From IMG/VR virus record IMGVR_UViG_3300027969_000041: DNA of 64,000 nt; one strand, written 5' to 3'. The DNA is from a virus (taxonomy: Duplodnaviria > Caudoviricetes). The notes beneath the pieces are model-generated. The model saw nothing but the letters and a program-made list of their open reading frames with translations, was not told the origin of the DNA and did not search any database. Made by a program: the position numbers and the translations under genes. Shown one piece after another: positions 1-9,822 of this stretch. How positions within the stretch are numbered: position 1 is the stretch's first letter; every line of letters begins with the position of its first letter.

Positions 1-1587
1 ATAAGTACTGATGTAGATGGGCATGGGAAGGTCGTGATCTTCCATTCCTGTGTGATCTCGCATTTTATCGTAGATTGTTGGGTCCCATTCTTGCAACACT
101 AAAACCATACGCATTACTAACAATAATGCAGAAACTAGGTCATCGTGCTGTCCTACTTTAGCTTTAAAAGTTATGCCCTGTGCAACAAATGTCTTCAATT
201 CACTGACCAAGGTCTTACTGTTTACTTTAATTTGTTTGGATTCAATTAACTGTTTTAATTTGGCACAGGCATTAATTTTGGCGGCATGCGTAGTGTTAAA
301 TCCCTTACGGAAACGACGAACATGGCCTTTCTTAATTGGTTCGCTTAGGAACAATCCCGGGAATGTTTCTTCACCTAATTCGTTCATAGAAACTAAGGCA
401 GCTTCACCTAATGTGTTGTTTTCAACGCTGTAGTATATGCTAGATTGCGTACCTGCTGCTTGACATTTTTCGTCAATATGCTTTAATAAATCTCGTAAAA
501 TTCTAGCTTGGGCTTGTACAGGAGTTAGGTTATGCTGCCATTCACATACTTGATCCATGCTAGGTAATTCCATAATCTGGATGGCTGCATAATCCCCACC
601 TGTACCTAAGCTAGGATCTAGTGCCACAATATATGTGCTACTAGGATTGATCTTTTTATACCAACGTGCTTGTCCCATCTTCATAATAGGCTCGCGTCCT
701 TCCATGTCTGAAAGACTAATACTGTTGATCAATGTTTCATCAAAGATCAAGAATTCACATTCGTGTTCTCGTTGGAACCGCTCATATCCCACACGCGACA
801 CCTCTTCGTTTTTCCACTTTTCATCGCGGTCTGGATGCTCTGACCAAATAGCAATGCAAGGGTAAAATCCGTTTTTACCTAGTTCAGTGGAGTTACCGTG
901 TTCGTCAAACCGTTTATTGGCTTCGTTCCAAATTTGTGCAAATTGATCTTCGTCACTGTTAGGAGTAGAGGTAATAATTGCTTTACCACCAGTTGCTAGT
1001 GTAGGTGAAATAGAAGTCCAAAACTCAACAGCAATATTAGGTTCAACATAAGCAAACTCGTCGCAGTATAGTAATGATACAGACATACCACGACCTGTTG
1101 TTTCGGTTGTTGTCTGTGCAACAATACGCGAGCCGTTGTCAAACTCTAAACTTTGTTTGTTATAACTTGTAACACCTGCACGGATAAAGTCAGGACAAGT
1201 TTCATATGCATACCGCAGGCGTTGCATAATCTCTTGGGCACCTGTGTATTTGTGCGCCGAGATAAGAATTGTACTATCGGGTACAAACATAGCGTACCAT
1301 AGCAAATAGCCTACGGCTGTTGTGGTCTTTCCCATCTGGCGCCCAAGCATATTTACACTGAATCTATGTCCGTGATAACTGTCTAACAAACGCTTCTGAT
1401 AAACAAAAGGTTTGTACTGTATCTTACCTTTTGTAGGATGTTGGATAAAGAAAAAGTTATCTAGGAAATATGCTGGACCGTCAATTATGTCGCTACATTT
1501 AAGCATGTGCTCAATGTCTTCTTCAGTCCAACGCTGTGTAGCATTGGCTTTTTTTACTAAATTACCGTCTAAACTTCTTGTGGCCAT
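1..1587 (-). CDS. gp17: Terminase large subunit (T4 gp17-like), 3' end at or beyond the window edge; absent from the ORF track
   Basis: Hand translation from ATG at 1587: MATRSLDGNLVKKAN... It has Walker A GRQMGKTT, Walker B LLYCDEFA, coupling motif IITSTPN, nuclease motifs ALDPSLGTGGDY and HDDLVSA. The frame is open to position 1 (529 codons). Confidence 0.95.
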   Translation of the reverse strand, partial: MATRSLDGNLVKKANATQRWTEEDIEHMLKCSDIIDGPAYFLDNFFFIQHPTKGKIQYKPFVYQKRLLDSYHGHRFSVNMLGRQMGKTTTAVGYLLWYAMFVPDSTILISAHKYTGAQEIMQRLRYAYETCPDFIRAGVTSYNKQSLEFDNGSRIVAQTTTETTGRGMSVSLLYCDEFAYVEPNIAVEFWTSISPTLATGGKAIITSTPNSDEDQFAQIWNEANKRFDEHGNSTELGKNGFYPCIAIWSEHPDRDEKWKNEEVSRVGYERFQREHECEFLIFDETLINSISLSDMEGREPIMKMGQARWYKKINPSSTYIVALDPSLGTGGDYAAIQIMELPSMDQVCEWQHNLTPVQAQARILRDLLKHIDEKCQAAGTQSSIYYSVENNTLGEAALVSMNELGEETFPGLFLSEPIKKGHVRRFRKGFNTTHAAKINACAKLKQLIESKQIKVNSKTLVSELKTFVAQGITFKAKVGQHDDLVSALLLVMRMVLVLQEWDPTIYDKMRDHTGMEDHDLPMPIYISTY

Positions 1588-1592
1588 AATCT

Positions 1593-1598
1593 TATTTA
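1593..1598 (-). promoter_or_regulatory. T4-type late promoter core TAAATA, 5 nt upstream of the terminase ATG
   Basis: Minus strand reads TAAATA-AGATT-ATG; the same spacing recurs at many late genes. Confidence 0.7.
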
Positions 1599-1601
1599 CT
1601 G

Positions 1602-1628
1602 AAAAAAATAGCCTCCGAAGAGGCTATT
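1602..1628 (-). terminator. Rho-independent terminator
   Basis: Minus strand AATAGCCTC-TTCG-GAGGCTATT followed by a T run; C(UUCG)G loop. Confidence 0.85.
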
Positions 1629-1647
1629 TGGATTACATCCTAATGTA

Positions 1648-2619
1648 TTATTTTAGGCCTGCTAACTTTAGAATATCATCAGTTTCGATACTTTCTTTAG
1701 TGTTTTTTGCTGCTGTAGCAGAGTCGCCTGAGGCGGCCTTGCGTTGATATGCAGGCATATTAACTGGGTTCTTTGGATCTAGATCCTTCAAACGATCTTC
1801 AATACCTTCTTCCATATCATCTTCTACTTCTTCTTCCACTTCTTCTGATTCACCTATGAAAGATTTGTATTCTTTCATTAGGCTTTCAAATGCTGAAGGC
1901 TTGCCTTGTGGTTGTGTAGTATGGCGTCCATTACCATCTCCTGAATTGGAGTTATAATTTGTACCAAACCCATCTTGACCGTAACCCTGACGATCTTTAT
2001 TAGGATCGTTTGGTGTAGTAGAATACTGAGGACCATCATATGTTTCGTCAGTTTCTTCTTTGTCATCTTCTTCGCTGTCATCTGGTCCAGCTTCTGGTTC
2101 AGATTTTTCAGCATTGTGATCAGCTATGTCGTGATCCCCATCGTTGTCAATGTCACCGTGTGATTGACTAACACCATCATCGCTGCCTTGCTCGCTGCCA
2201 AATGGTGTTTCTTCTTCTCCATCTTCTGGATTTAATTTGTCTAAAACAGAACGCATAACTTCGCCGTCTGTTGCACCAGGGCCTGCGCCTGCATCTGGAC
2301 CAACTTCTGGCTCAGCAGTTAGTGCCATCATTGGCTCAACATCAATACCAGTGTGTTCTGGTTCAGCTTTGTTAATTCCTGCTAGAGACATAATATCTTT
2401 TAGCATGCCACTTAGTTCGTCGCCTGTAGCGGCAGTCATATTGATACTGGCAGGAGAGTGAGGTTGACTCATTCCACCCATACCGTCCATCATACCCATT
2501 GGGCCACATTCAGAAAGGCTTACACCTTGAACTGGTTTAACAACGGCAGCGCCTGTGTCAATTGCTGGATTAGTTGCATCTAGTTGAGCTAAACGCTTGA
2601 TTACATCGATCATTTGCAT
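1648..2619 (-). CDS. Acidic low-complexity protein, possible internal head/prohead core protein
   Basis: 323-aa ORF, very D/E-rich, in the late head block; no catalytic motif recognised. Confidence 0.5.
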   Translation of the reverse strand: MQMIDVIKRLAQLDATNPAIDTGAAVVKPVQGVSLSECGPMGMMDGMGGMSQPHSPASINMTAATGDELSGMLKDIMSLAGINKAEPEHTGIDVEPMMALTAEPEVGPDAGAGPGATDGEVMRSVLDKLNPEDGEEETPFGSEQGSDDGVSQSHGDIDNDGDHDIADHNAEKSEPEAGPDDSEEDDKEETDETYDGPQYSTTPNDPNKDRQGYGQDGFGTNYNSNSGDGNGRHTTQPQGKPSAFESLMKEYKSFIGESEEVEEEVEDDMEEGIEDRLKDLDPKNPVNMPAYQRKAASGDSATAAKNTKESIETDDILKLAGLK

Positions 2620-2621
2620 AA

Positions 2622-3212
2622 TTATTTCTTCCTTGGGTCAGCAGCTTGTTTCAAAACAGATTGTGTACTGGCTGGTGAATCAACACTAAATGTTGCTGCT
2701 TCAGTTGTAGGAATCTCTTCCCCACGAGCCTTTCTCTGTAATTTTAGGATATCGTTTAATTCTTTAACAAATCCTGTATTATATTTGTCGCCATAGTAAT
2801 CTTCAAATTGAGGACTGCCTGCTTCTTTATAATCTGGGTCATCTAGTAAAGCGCCTTCGCGTGGCTCACTAGGTTCTTGATAATCTTCTGTAGCTTCGAA
2901 CGGACTACGAACTACCAAGTTTTGTTTGTTAACACCTAAGCCTGCTGTTAGGTATTCGGTTAGTTCAAATTGTGTAGTAGGGTAATCTAATGTAACTTCA
3001 TAGATACTCACTTCACAATTTCTAACCTGCGGAAAATCTAAAGGTAATGCTTGGATTGGAGTTGTAGCAGTTTTTTTGAATCCGCTGATTGCAAATTTTT
3101 CTAACATTGTTTTCAACGTAGATTCTTGCTCAGTGGAAAAGCCGCCTGCAACTTTAACACGAAAGTCATACTTCTTTTTAGATTCGGAAAGGTATTCTTT
3201 GAAGTTTTTCAT
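2622..3212 (-). CDS. Hypothetical late protein
   Basis: 196-aa ORF; TAAATA at 3218-3223 lies 5 nt before the ATG. Confidence 0.6.
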   Translation of the reverse strand: MKNFKEYLSESKKKYDFRVKVAGGFSTEQESTLKTMLEKFAISGFKKTATTPIQALPLDFPQVRNCEVSIYEVTLDYPTTQFELTEYLTAGLGVNKQNLVVRSPFEATEDYQEPSEPREGALLDDPDYKEAGSPQFEDYYGDKYNTGFVKELNDILKLQRKARGEEIPTTEAATFSVDSPASTQSVLKQAADPRKK

Positions 3213-3216
3213 AGTA

Positions 3217-3696
3217 TTATTTATTCAGATTCTTAAGTTTTTCTAGGATGCTGTTGCGATCTGTGACAATAACTCCTTGTGCATCTATGGTATCGACGCC
3301 GCCTTCATTGCCGTGTTTTTTGTCAATTGCTAACTTCTTTAATTGCAAATCAACCATTTTTAGCTTTTTGTCAATCTTATTTGTCTTGGCTGTAATTGCG
3401 GCATTCATCATTTGTGCGGCAATTTCAAACATGCGCGACCCGTATCTAGGGTCTACATTCATACCTAGATCCATTAGATCGTCGTAGGCTTGTTCTGCTT
3501 TATGTGCAAGTGCATCTAACTCAGTATCTGCCATATCTCCTAGCCCCTTAACTCTAGGTAGTGCAGAAGCAATTTTATCAAATTCTTCTAAACGTTCCTC
3601 TAAATTAATCATAGGAACAGATTCTGCAGGAGTGGGAGAGATAAGGGGCTCTTCTTCTGTAGAAATATTTAGAACTTCTTCAAGTCGTTTAGTCAT
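3217..3696 (-). CDS. Probable terminase small subunit (gp16-like)
   Basis: Helical segment AYDDLMDLGMNVDPRYGSRMFEIAAQMM and tail GVIVTDRNSILEKLK resemble T4-family gp16 organisation; near terminase and gp4. Confidence 0.5.
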   Translation of the reverse strand: MTKRLEEVLNISTEEEPLISPTPAESVPMINLEERLEEFDKIASALPRVKGLGDMADTELDALAHKAEQAYDDLMDLGMNVDPRYGSRMFEIAAQMMNAAITAKTNKIDKKLKMVDLQLKKLAIDKKHGNEGGVDTIDAQGVIVTDRNSILEKLKNLNK

Positions 3697-3704
3697 ATTA
3701 TTAC

Positions 3705-4145
3705 TTATTTCTTTTTACCACCACCGTAAATATCTGTTTCATTCATGATACGAAACTTGATACCTTGTTGTTGGCACCAGGCAGCAGCCGCAGCCCATTT
3801 GGCTTGGTTCTTGATAAACTGAGCTTGATTGTAGGGATTTTTACCTACTTTTTCTTTGAGCATTTGATTGGCTGGTTTAATTTCAATTAGCTCTACATGC
3901 TTCTTATGATGTGTATCAACATATGTTATAAGGAAATCGGGCACATAAACTGTTTGTTTACCAGTTAGTGGGTCGCGGTATGGGATCTTAACACATTCGC
4001 TGGCCCATTGCTGTATGCTGGGATTGTTGTCACAAAATGACATGAAAGTAAATTCCCAACCTGATCTATATGTGGGGTTTCTTCCACCTACATATTTTTC
4101 AGGGTTTTTTACTTTATAAATCCCTTGGCTAAACTTTAAGCTCAT
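3705..4145 (-). CDS. gp4: Head completion protein (T4 gp4-like, TnsA-like nuclease fold)
   Basis: YRSGWE...WASE.VKIPY..P.TGK...YVPDF...IEIKP motifs. Confidence 0.85.
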   Translation of the reverse strand: MSLKFSQGIYKVKNPEKYVGGRNPTYRSGWEFTFMSFCDNNPSIQQWASECVKIPYRDPLTGKQTVYVPDFLITYVDTHHKKHVELIEIKPANQMLKEKVGKNPYNQAQFIKNQAKWAAAAAWCQQQGIKFRIMNETDIYGGGKKK

Positions 4146-4516
4146 GCTATGACGTTGCGCTGTACTTCGTCGTGTGGTGTAAACTCTTTAGAATATCCTA
4201 AGAAGCTGGTTTTAATTCTGTTGTAGTTTAAAATTTCTGCAACAAGGGCAGAAATCTCTACGCTATCAATACCACCTAAGGTATCTAAAATCTGCATAGG
4301 ATTGTATCCGTCTTTCTTAGCCTGCTTCATAATGATAACTGCAACAGTTTCTGCAGAAGTAGGATCAAAACCTTTTTGAGTAAAAAATCCAATCATTGCC
4401 GCTAACGTTGCCGCATTTAATTCTAAAGGAGCAGTGTAGTATGCGTCAAATGCTTGTACAGTAGCATCTGATGATATTTTTGATGTAGGTAAATTGCTGT
4501 AAATATTTTTGGCCAT
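4142..4516 (-). CDS. Hypothetical protein
   Basis: 124-aa ORF coupled to its neighbours. Confidence 0.6.
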   Translation of the reverse strand: MAKNIYSNLPTSKISSDATVQAFDAYYTAPLELNAATLAAMIGFFTQKGFDPTSAETVAVIIMKQAKKDGYNPMQILDTLGGIDSVEISALVAEILNYNRIKTSFLGYSKEFTPHDEVQRNVIA

Positions 4517-4517
4517 A

Positions 4518-5657
4518 TTATCCGCCGGTTATTTTGCGAGGAGTAGCTTGTGTAGTGTTATTTACACTGGTATTTTTATTGGAGAATAAATTTACACCAG
4601 TCCTAGCGGAAGTACCATATCCTGTTTGGTTAAACCCTTGCTTGATAGATTGCGCTAGTCCGCCTGGTTGATTATTTGACTGAGAAATATTACCTAGTAC
4701 TCCGCCTAATATGCTGTAGCCTTCTTGCTTTAATCCCGACTTGGTTAATGCTTGCACATTTTTAGATAACGTTTTAGCTTGTATAAAAGCACCTAACAAA
4801 TTGCCTTCACTTACTGAATTCAATACGCTATTTGCACCAGCAATTGCTCCGCCGGCACCGAACAATGTATTTGTACCTAACCCACCTATACTTAGTGGAC
4901 TAGGTGTCTTATCATAGTACTTTGCTGCAAATTGACCAGAAGCGTCATTCTTTTTAATTTTGCCTTGCTTATAAACCACATCTTCATAGGCTAATGTCAT
5001 TTTGCTAGACATTATTTTGCTGCCTTCATCTTGATTAACACTATCATGTTCCCAAGCTACTACCTTGGGATTTATTAAAGTTATTTGTGTAAATCGTTGT
5101 TGATGTAACACATAAACATCTATGCTATCAAAGAACGGGTCGTTAGTAAGACTAGTACGATCAGTACGGAATCCGTATCTATAATCAGTTTCACCATACT
5201 TTGTGTCAACATATTCGTTAGGATGCTCTTTATTACTGCCGTACCGACCGTCCATGAAATAGAACTTGTAATAATTTTTCCAAAGATTTGTAGTTATATC
5301 GCTGTTATCGTCATGAAATTCAACATTAACATTCCCATATGTTAATTTTGTTTGTACTACAGTTTTTCTGTTATATTGATTAAGTGTTTCGGTAGCAATA
5401 TTAAATTTAGGTAAATCCATTCTCTTAACAAGAAGTCCTACACTGTCTATATGCTTTTGACTACCTGCCCAGGTAGCATCTAGTAATGCAACCTTATTAA
5501 GATTAAATTGAACAAAATATAAAAACCCAACCTTAGGAGCACGGGCATATGTGTTTGCAACATACATGCGGCTTGCATGTTGATAGTCGCTGAGTTGTGC
5601 TGTATTTCCAAACAGACCTGTAGTTACGCCACCTAAAAAATTTGTAAAAGCACTCAT
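4518..5657 (-). CDS. Tail-tube-family protein (gp19/gp54-like tube initiator)
   Basis: DLPKF...ETLNQYNRK.VVQTKLTY..VNVEFHDD...LAYE tube-fold motifs; adjacent to the tube gene. Confidence 0.6.
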   Translation of the reverse strand: MSAFTNFLGGVTTGLFGNTAQLSDYQHASRMYVANTYARAPKVGFLYFVQFNLNKVALLDATWAGSQKHIDSVGLLVKRMDLPKFNIATETLNQYNRKTVVQTKLTYGNVNVEFHDDNSDITTNLWKNYYKFYFMDGRYGSNKEHPNEYVDTKYGETDYRYGFRTDRTSLTNDPFFDSIDVYVLHQQRFTQITLINPKVVAWEHDSVNQDEGSKIMSSKMTLAYEDVVYKQGKIKKNDASGQFAAKYYDKTPSPLSIGGLGTNTLFGAGGAIAGANSVLNSVSEGNLLGAFIQAKTLSKNVQALTKSGLKQEGYSILGGVLGNISQSNNQPGGLAQSIKQGFNQTGYGTSARTGVNLFSNKNTSVNNTTQATPRKITGG

Positions 5658-5673
5658 AGTAATATTTAGCCAA

Positions 5674-5702
5674 ATAAAAAGCCTGGGTTTTAGCCAGGCT
5701 TT
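5674..5702 (-). terminator. Rho-independent terminator after the tail tube gene
   Basis: AAAGCCTGG/CCAGGCTTT inverted repeat followed by a T run on the minus strand. Confidence 0.75.
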
Positions 5703-5720
5703 GTTGGGGTAGCGTTTTTA

Positions 5721-6353
5721 TTAACCGCCTAGTGCCAGTGTACGGACTGTGCGTCCTACTGCTTCGCCTAGACCAGATAGTGCGCCGGCCGCATCAACTT
5801 GAACTGCGTTATCATAAGTGATAGTCAATGCAATATCTAGAGGATCATTACTGGTGTAATCGCCGCCTTGATATACTGCGCCTTTTAGGAAGCAACCATG
5901 GAATTCAAATGCTTCTAAAATTCCTGGCTCATAAGCACCGTTACCACCGTCTAGAACTTCGACACGCATCATGAACTTATAGTCGATACCAGATGCAGCA
6001 CCGCTTTGCTCGTAGAAGTCAAATTGCTTCTGTAGTTGTTCGCCAACTTTCTTGCTAACTGCACCAGTAACATCATCACGCACTGTTAGTTTAGCATCAG
6101 CAAAACTATGACGTCCTGCTAGCTTAACTGTACTGTTATAGACAGCTAACTTAATTTCTTCAAAGCTAACTTCTGGACGAGTCACGTTCATAACTTGTTT
6201 GGTCAATTCAGTAGCCGGTGTACCTGCTACGCCAAATCCGTCTAAAGTAACACGGAAGCGATATTTCAGTTTAGGCATCAACAAACCTTGAGTTGTTGAA
6301 CTCTGGTCTGTTGATAAAGGTACTGTGAACCTGTTTAGACTTGCGATTGCCAT
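5721..6353 (-). CDS. gp19: Tail tube protein
   Basis: Directly follows the sheath gene; LMPKLKYRFRV, RPEVSFEEI, LAGRHSF..AKLTVRDD, ITYDNA motifs; SD AAGGAG. Confidence 0.9.
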   Translation of the reverse strand: MAIASLNRFTVPLSTDQSSTTQGLLMPKLKYRFRVTLDGFGVAGTPATELTKQVMNVTRPEVSFEEIKLAVYNSTVKLAGRHSFADAKLTVRDDVTGAVSKKVGEQLQKQFDFYEQSGAASGIDYKFMMRVEVLDGGNGAYEPGILEAFEFHGCFLKGAVYQGGDYTSNDPLDIALTITYDNAVQVDAAGALSGLGEAVGRTVRTLALGG

Positions 6354-6384
6354 ATTAAATAGCTCCTTATTCTTTATTTACCTA

Positions 6385-9300
6385 TTATTGTCCAGCTGCA
6401 ATTTCACCAGTGTTTTTAATACGAAGTGGAATGTAGATAAACTCAACTGCCTTAACTGGCTCAATAGCGATGTCCATGTACAACTCAGAACGATCAATTC
6501 TTGCTGCTGTGTTGTTTGATGAATCGCAAACTACTAAGAAGTCATAAAGAGCACGTTGACCTACTAATTCTAATAATAGACTTTCTGCTGCCGCTTTGAT
6601 TTCTCTGCGTGTTTGTGCATCATTTGGCTCAAACAGATATGGCTTAGCTAGTACGCTTAGTTGTTTACGTAGATAAGCAACTAGACGAACTACGTTAATA
6701 CGATCCAGCGCACTGGCGTTCTTAGCACGAGTGTATTGACCAAAGTTAACTAGGCCAACTCCTGGCAATGTTGCGATTGGATTAATCTTAACATCATGCA
6801 TTACATTGCGTAAACCTTCGTACAATGCGGCTGTTTTAAACTCGCCTTCTGCGGTAATGTAACCAACGCTGGTAGCATTATCAACACCACCACGGCGTGT
6901 ACCAGCTGGTGCAAACCATTGGTAGCTCTTAGCATCACTGTTGATAATTGTACGGAGCATCATGTGACTTGGAGGAACAACAATGTTGTTGCCGCTGTTG
7001 TCGGTTGTGTAACCACTTGGATAGAACATACCAACATATTCGTCATATGTAACTGCGCCATCTTCACCGTTGTCTGTAGCAACTGCTGTGTTGTTACCCC
7101 ATGCTGTTAGAGCTGTACCTGTTGGTGCTAAACGGAATGGTGTGTCTCCAACTACGAATGCAGTCTGACCGATGTCAGTGTTAAATGCAGCCATGTTAGC
7201 AATAGCTTCTGGATATCCTGGGCAAGCAATTAAGTTAAATGCTAGAGTATCGGTGTCACGGATAGCGGCATTTGTATCAATCATAGCTTTCATCTTAGAT
7301 ACAACATAACTTCGTTGTGCGTGACGACCAAATGTACCTGAACCATCTACATTGTTAGGGCTTACAGTTACCCAACGATCTGCGCTGTAAATTGGAAGAC
7401 CTGTTAAATCATCAATCATAGGATCATTGGAAAATCTGATGTTCAATCCACCGTTTGCTTCTAGATTTAGGTGACCTTTAATATATTTTTTAACATTGTT
7501 TCCACTACGACGAGTATTCCATAACTTCATACCACGTGGGTATAATGCTGGATCTGGAACATCGGGATCAACGTAGTTACTAGTTAGTAAATCAGTAATC
7601 TTTGCCGCAGAAGTAGCATTGCCACTAGCTGCCCAACGTGCATCAGCAAATACCCAACCACTAGGACTTGTTTGATCTGTGGTATCCTGTAGTATCCACT
7701 TGTATGTGCTAATACCATCAAATACATATATATCTTTACCATAACGCTCAGGATCAGCTGTAGATATCCAAATATCACCATTTGCAAGACTAGCCCCACC
7801 GCTTTGGGCAATAGGTGCTGATGCACTAATTATAGGTCCATTTGGATCTGTATTATAGCCAAAATACGGGGAATCACTATTAGCATATCCTACCCATTTT
7901 GAACCATTATGAATCATAATATCAACTTCACTTATAGAAGAATTATGCCATAATATACCATCATCTGCTAGTACTGTAGGAGTAGATGTCTTTGATTCAT
8001 ATACCAACGGTTTCCAGTTAGTAGCAATAAATGCAAAAGCATCACCTGTTGGTGCTGCATATAAATTTGCAGTTCCTGCCTTAGTAGTCATATTGTAGGC
8101 AGTTAGACCAATTACTGTTAATGGTGTGTTAGCACCATCAGTTAATTCGAACTCTCCACCTAATTCATGGGTAAATGTTACAGTTTTTGTTTGACTATCG
8201 TAGGCAGCAGTAACATTAACTAATCCCTGTGCAGCCAATGCCGCCGGAATTTGAGCTCCTACGGGATTGCTGTTACTACCAGTAATGGAAATAATTTTTG
8301 TAGGCCCCCAAGATCCGCTACTTGCTAGTGTTTCTCTAATAGTAAATTGACTTGTTAAACTCTGCGTTGCTATAGTCGATCCGCTAACAATAGTTGTTGC
8401 ACCAGTGGCATTGCGTCTCCATAGTTTGAAATTAGCAGTTTCAACTGCGTTTTCAATATTTGTATCAACGGCTAGTATTCCAACTGGGATATTTTTTCCA
8501 CCGCCAGCGTAATCTAGTTTTTCAATAGCGTTACGAGTGCTTGTGTACATAGGGGCAGCCACAGTAGTCCAGGCGTTTGTACTTCCGTTGTAATATTTTA
8601 CAACTAAATTAGCACCTAGACCTGGAGAAGTAGTTTTAATCCATACACTACCGTTTAATTCTACACCTTTTGTCCATGTTGGATAGCTAGTGTGGGGACT
8701 TACTTGAACAGATTTACCGCCGGCAAACCCTTGGGCTAGTGGAGTCCATGTGTTGTCTGATTTTTTGTAGTAATACTTGTTAGTTAAATTGTCGGATGTA
8801 ACAACTACGCAGTAGTCTCCCTTTTTACCAAAAGCAGGAAGTGGTGTAGTTCCGTTAAAAAACCCGGTACCATAACGATTATCATTGTTAATAACTAATG
8901 GAGTTTTTGTAACAAAAACTGGGATATCGCCAGACGAATCCCATTCGTTAATTCCGTAGTAACTAGCATCAGTATCTAACCAGTATGTTCCAGCAACTGG
9001 TGTACCAGTTGGCTCGCTGGTTGTAGGCGCTAACGCTTTTAAGTCAACATCTGCACGGGCAACATAAGCTCTTGAGCTTACACCTAATGCACTATATGCG
9101 GCTTGTAGGCCGTATTCATTTAGTTCTCCACCGTGTAGTGGATTGTTATTTGATGTGTAAAATAACGGAGTACCAAATGTATCAACTAAATCACGTTGAC
9201 TTGTGATTACATAAACATTTCCTGCATTAGCGGCAGTTGTACCTGCTGCTGTACCTGTTGCAGAAGCATTGCTCTTGTCTTGTGCAGTAGCAACGAAAAT

Positions 9301-9387
9301 AAGTGGAATAGTGCCAGGAGCTGCGGGAGTATAAAAACTCTCGTCAATTACTGATACGCTTACGCCTGGTGAACCTAGTGTGGCCAT
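6385..9387 (-). CDS. gp18: Tail sheath protein (enlarged, 1000 aa)
   Basis: N-terminal SPGVSVSVIDES; C-terminal WFAPAGTRRG, KINPI, SALDRINVVRL, LFEPND, IAIEPVKAVEFIYI. Confidence 0.97.
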   Translation of the reverse strand: MATLGSPGVSVSVIDESFYTPAAPGTIPLIFVATAQDKSNASATGTAAGTTAANAGNVYVITSQRDLVDTFGTPLFYTSNNNPLHGGELNEYGLQAAYSALGVSSRAYVARADVDLKALAPTTSEPTGTPVAGTYWLDTDASYYGINEWDSSGDIPVFVTKTPLVINNDNRYGTGFFNGTTPLPAFGKKGDYCVVVTSDNLTNKYYYKKSDNTWTPLAQGFAGGKSVQVSPHTSYPTWTKGVELNGSVWIKTTSPGLGANLVVKYYNGSTNAWTTVAAPMYTSTRNAIEKLDYAGGGKNIPVGILAVDTNIENAVETANFKLWRRNATGATTIVSGSTIATQSLTSQFTIRETLASSGSWGPTKIISITGSNSNPVGAQIPAALAAQGLVNVTAAYDSQTKTVTFTHELGGEFELTDGANTPLTVIGLTAYNMTTKAGTANLYAAPTGDAFAFIATNWKPLVYESKTSTPTVLADDGILWHNSSISEVDIMIHNGSKWVGYANSDSPYFGYNTDPNGPIISASAPIAQSGGASLANGDIWISTADPERYGKDIYVFDGISTYKWILQDTTDQTSPSGWVFADARWAASGNATSAAKITDLLTSNYVDPDVPDPALYPRGMKLWNTRRSGNNVKKYIKGHLNLEANGGLNIRFSNDPMIDDLTGLPIYSADRWVTVSPNNVDGSGTFGRHAQRSYVVSKMKAMIDTNAAIRDTDTLAFNLIACPGYPEAIANMAAFNTDIGQTAFVVGDTPFRLAPTGTALTAWGNNTAVATDNGEDGAVTYDEYVGMFYPSGYTTDNSGNNIVVPPSHMMLRTIINSDAKSYQWFAPAGTRRGGVDNATSVGYITAEGEFKTAALYEGLRNVMHDVKINPIATLPGVGLVNFGQYTRAKNASALDRINVVRLVAYLRKQLSVLAKPYLFEPNDAQTRREIKAAAESLLLELVGQRALYDFLVVCDSSNNTAARIDRSELYMDIAIEPVKAVEFIYIPLRIKNTGEIAAGQ

Positions 9388-9486
9388 TTTTCAATCTCCT
9401 TAATGGATTACTTTGTTTTATTTAGCAGGTAACTCCAAAAAGTCCTGGTTAAATACCATTGTAAAAGGGAACAAAAAGGGCGGGGT

Positions 9487-9822
9487 ATGAGAGATTTATG
9501 TAGTTCGTGCGGGCAACGACCAGTTGCAATTAACTATTACAAAGATAGTAAGCCTTTCTACAGATCAAAATGTGATCATTGTGCTAAAGGTAGAGGTGTA
9601 GGAAAGCCTCTATGGGCAGTTACGGGATATAAGAAAAAAACCACATGTGATAAATGCGGTTTTAGTAGTAAGTATTCCGATCAGTTTAATGTGTTTCACA
9701 TAGACGGAGAACTAACAAACTGTCGTCATACTAATTTAAAAACAGTTTGTGCTAACTGTCAACGACTACTTCACAAACTTAAATTGCCGTGGAAGCAGGG
9801 AGATCTAACTCCGGATTTTTAG
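9487..9822 (+). CDS. Zinc-finger HNH-like protein
   Basis: Four CxxC pairs and HIDG...N...NLKTVCANC; late promoter TAAATA at 9450-9455. Confidence 0.6.
   Translation: MRDLCSSCGQRPVAINYYKDSKPFYRSKCDHCAKGRGVGKPLWAVTGYKKKTTCDKCGFSSKYSDQFNVFHIDGELTNCRHTNLKTVCANCQRLLHKLKLPWKQGDLTPDF

Noticed and set aside
173-2461. Short plus-strand ORFs over 173-2461
   Set aside because: They are antisense shadows of the terminase (missing from the track because it runs off the edge) and of the 323-aa gene.
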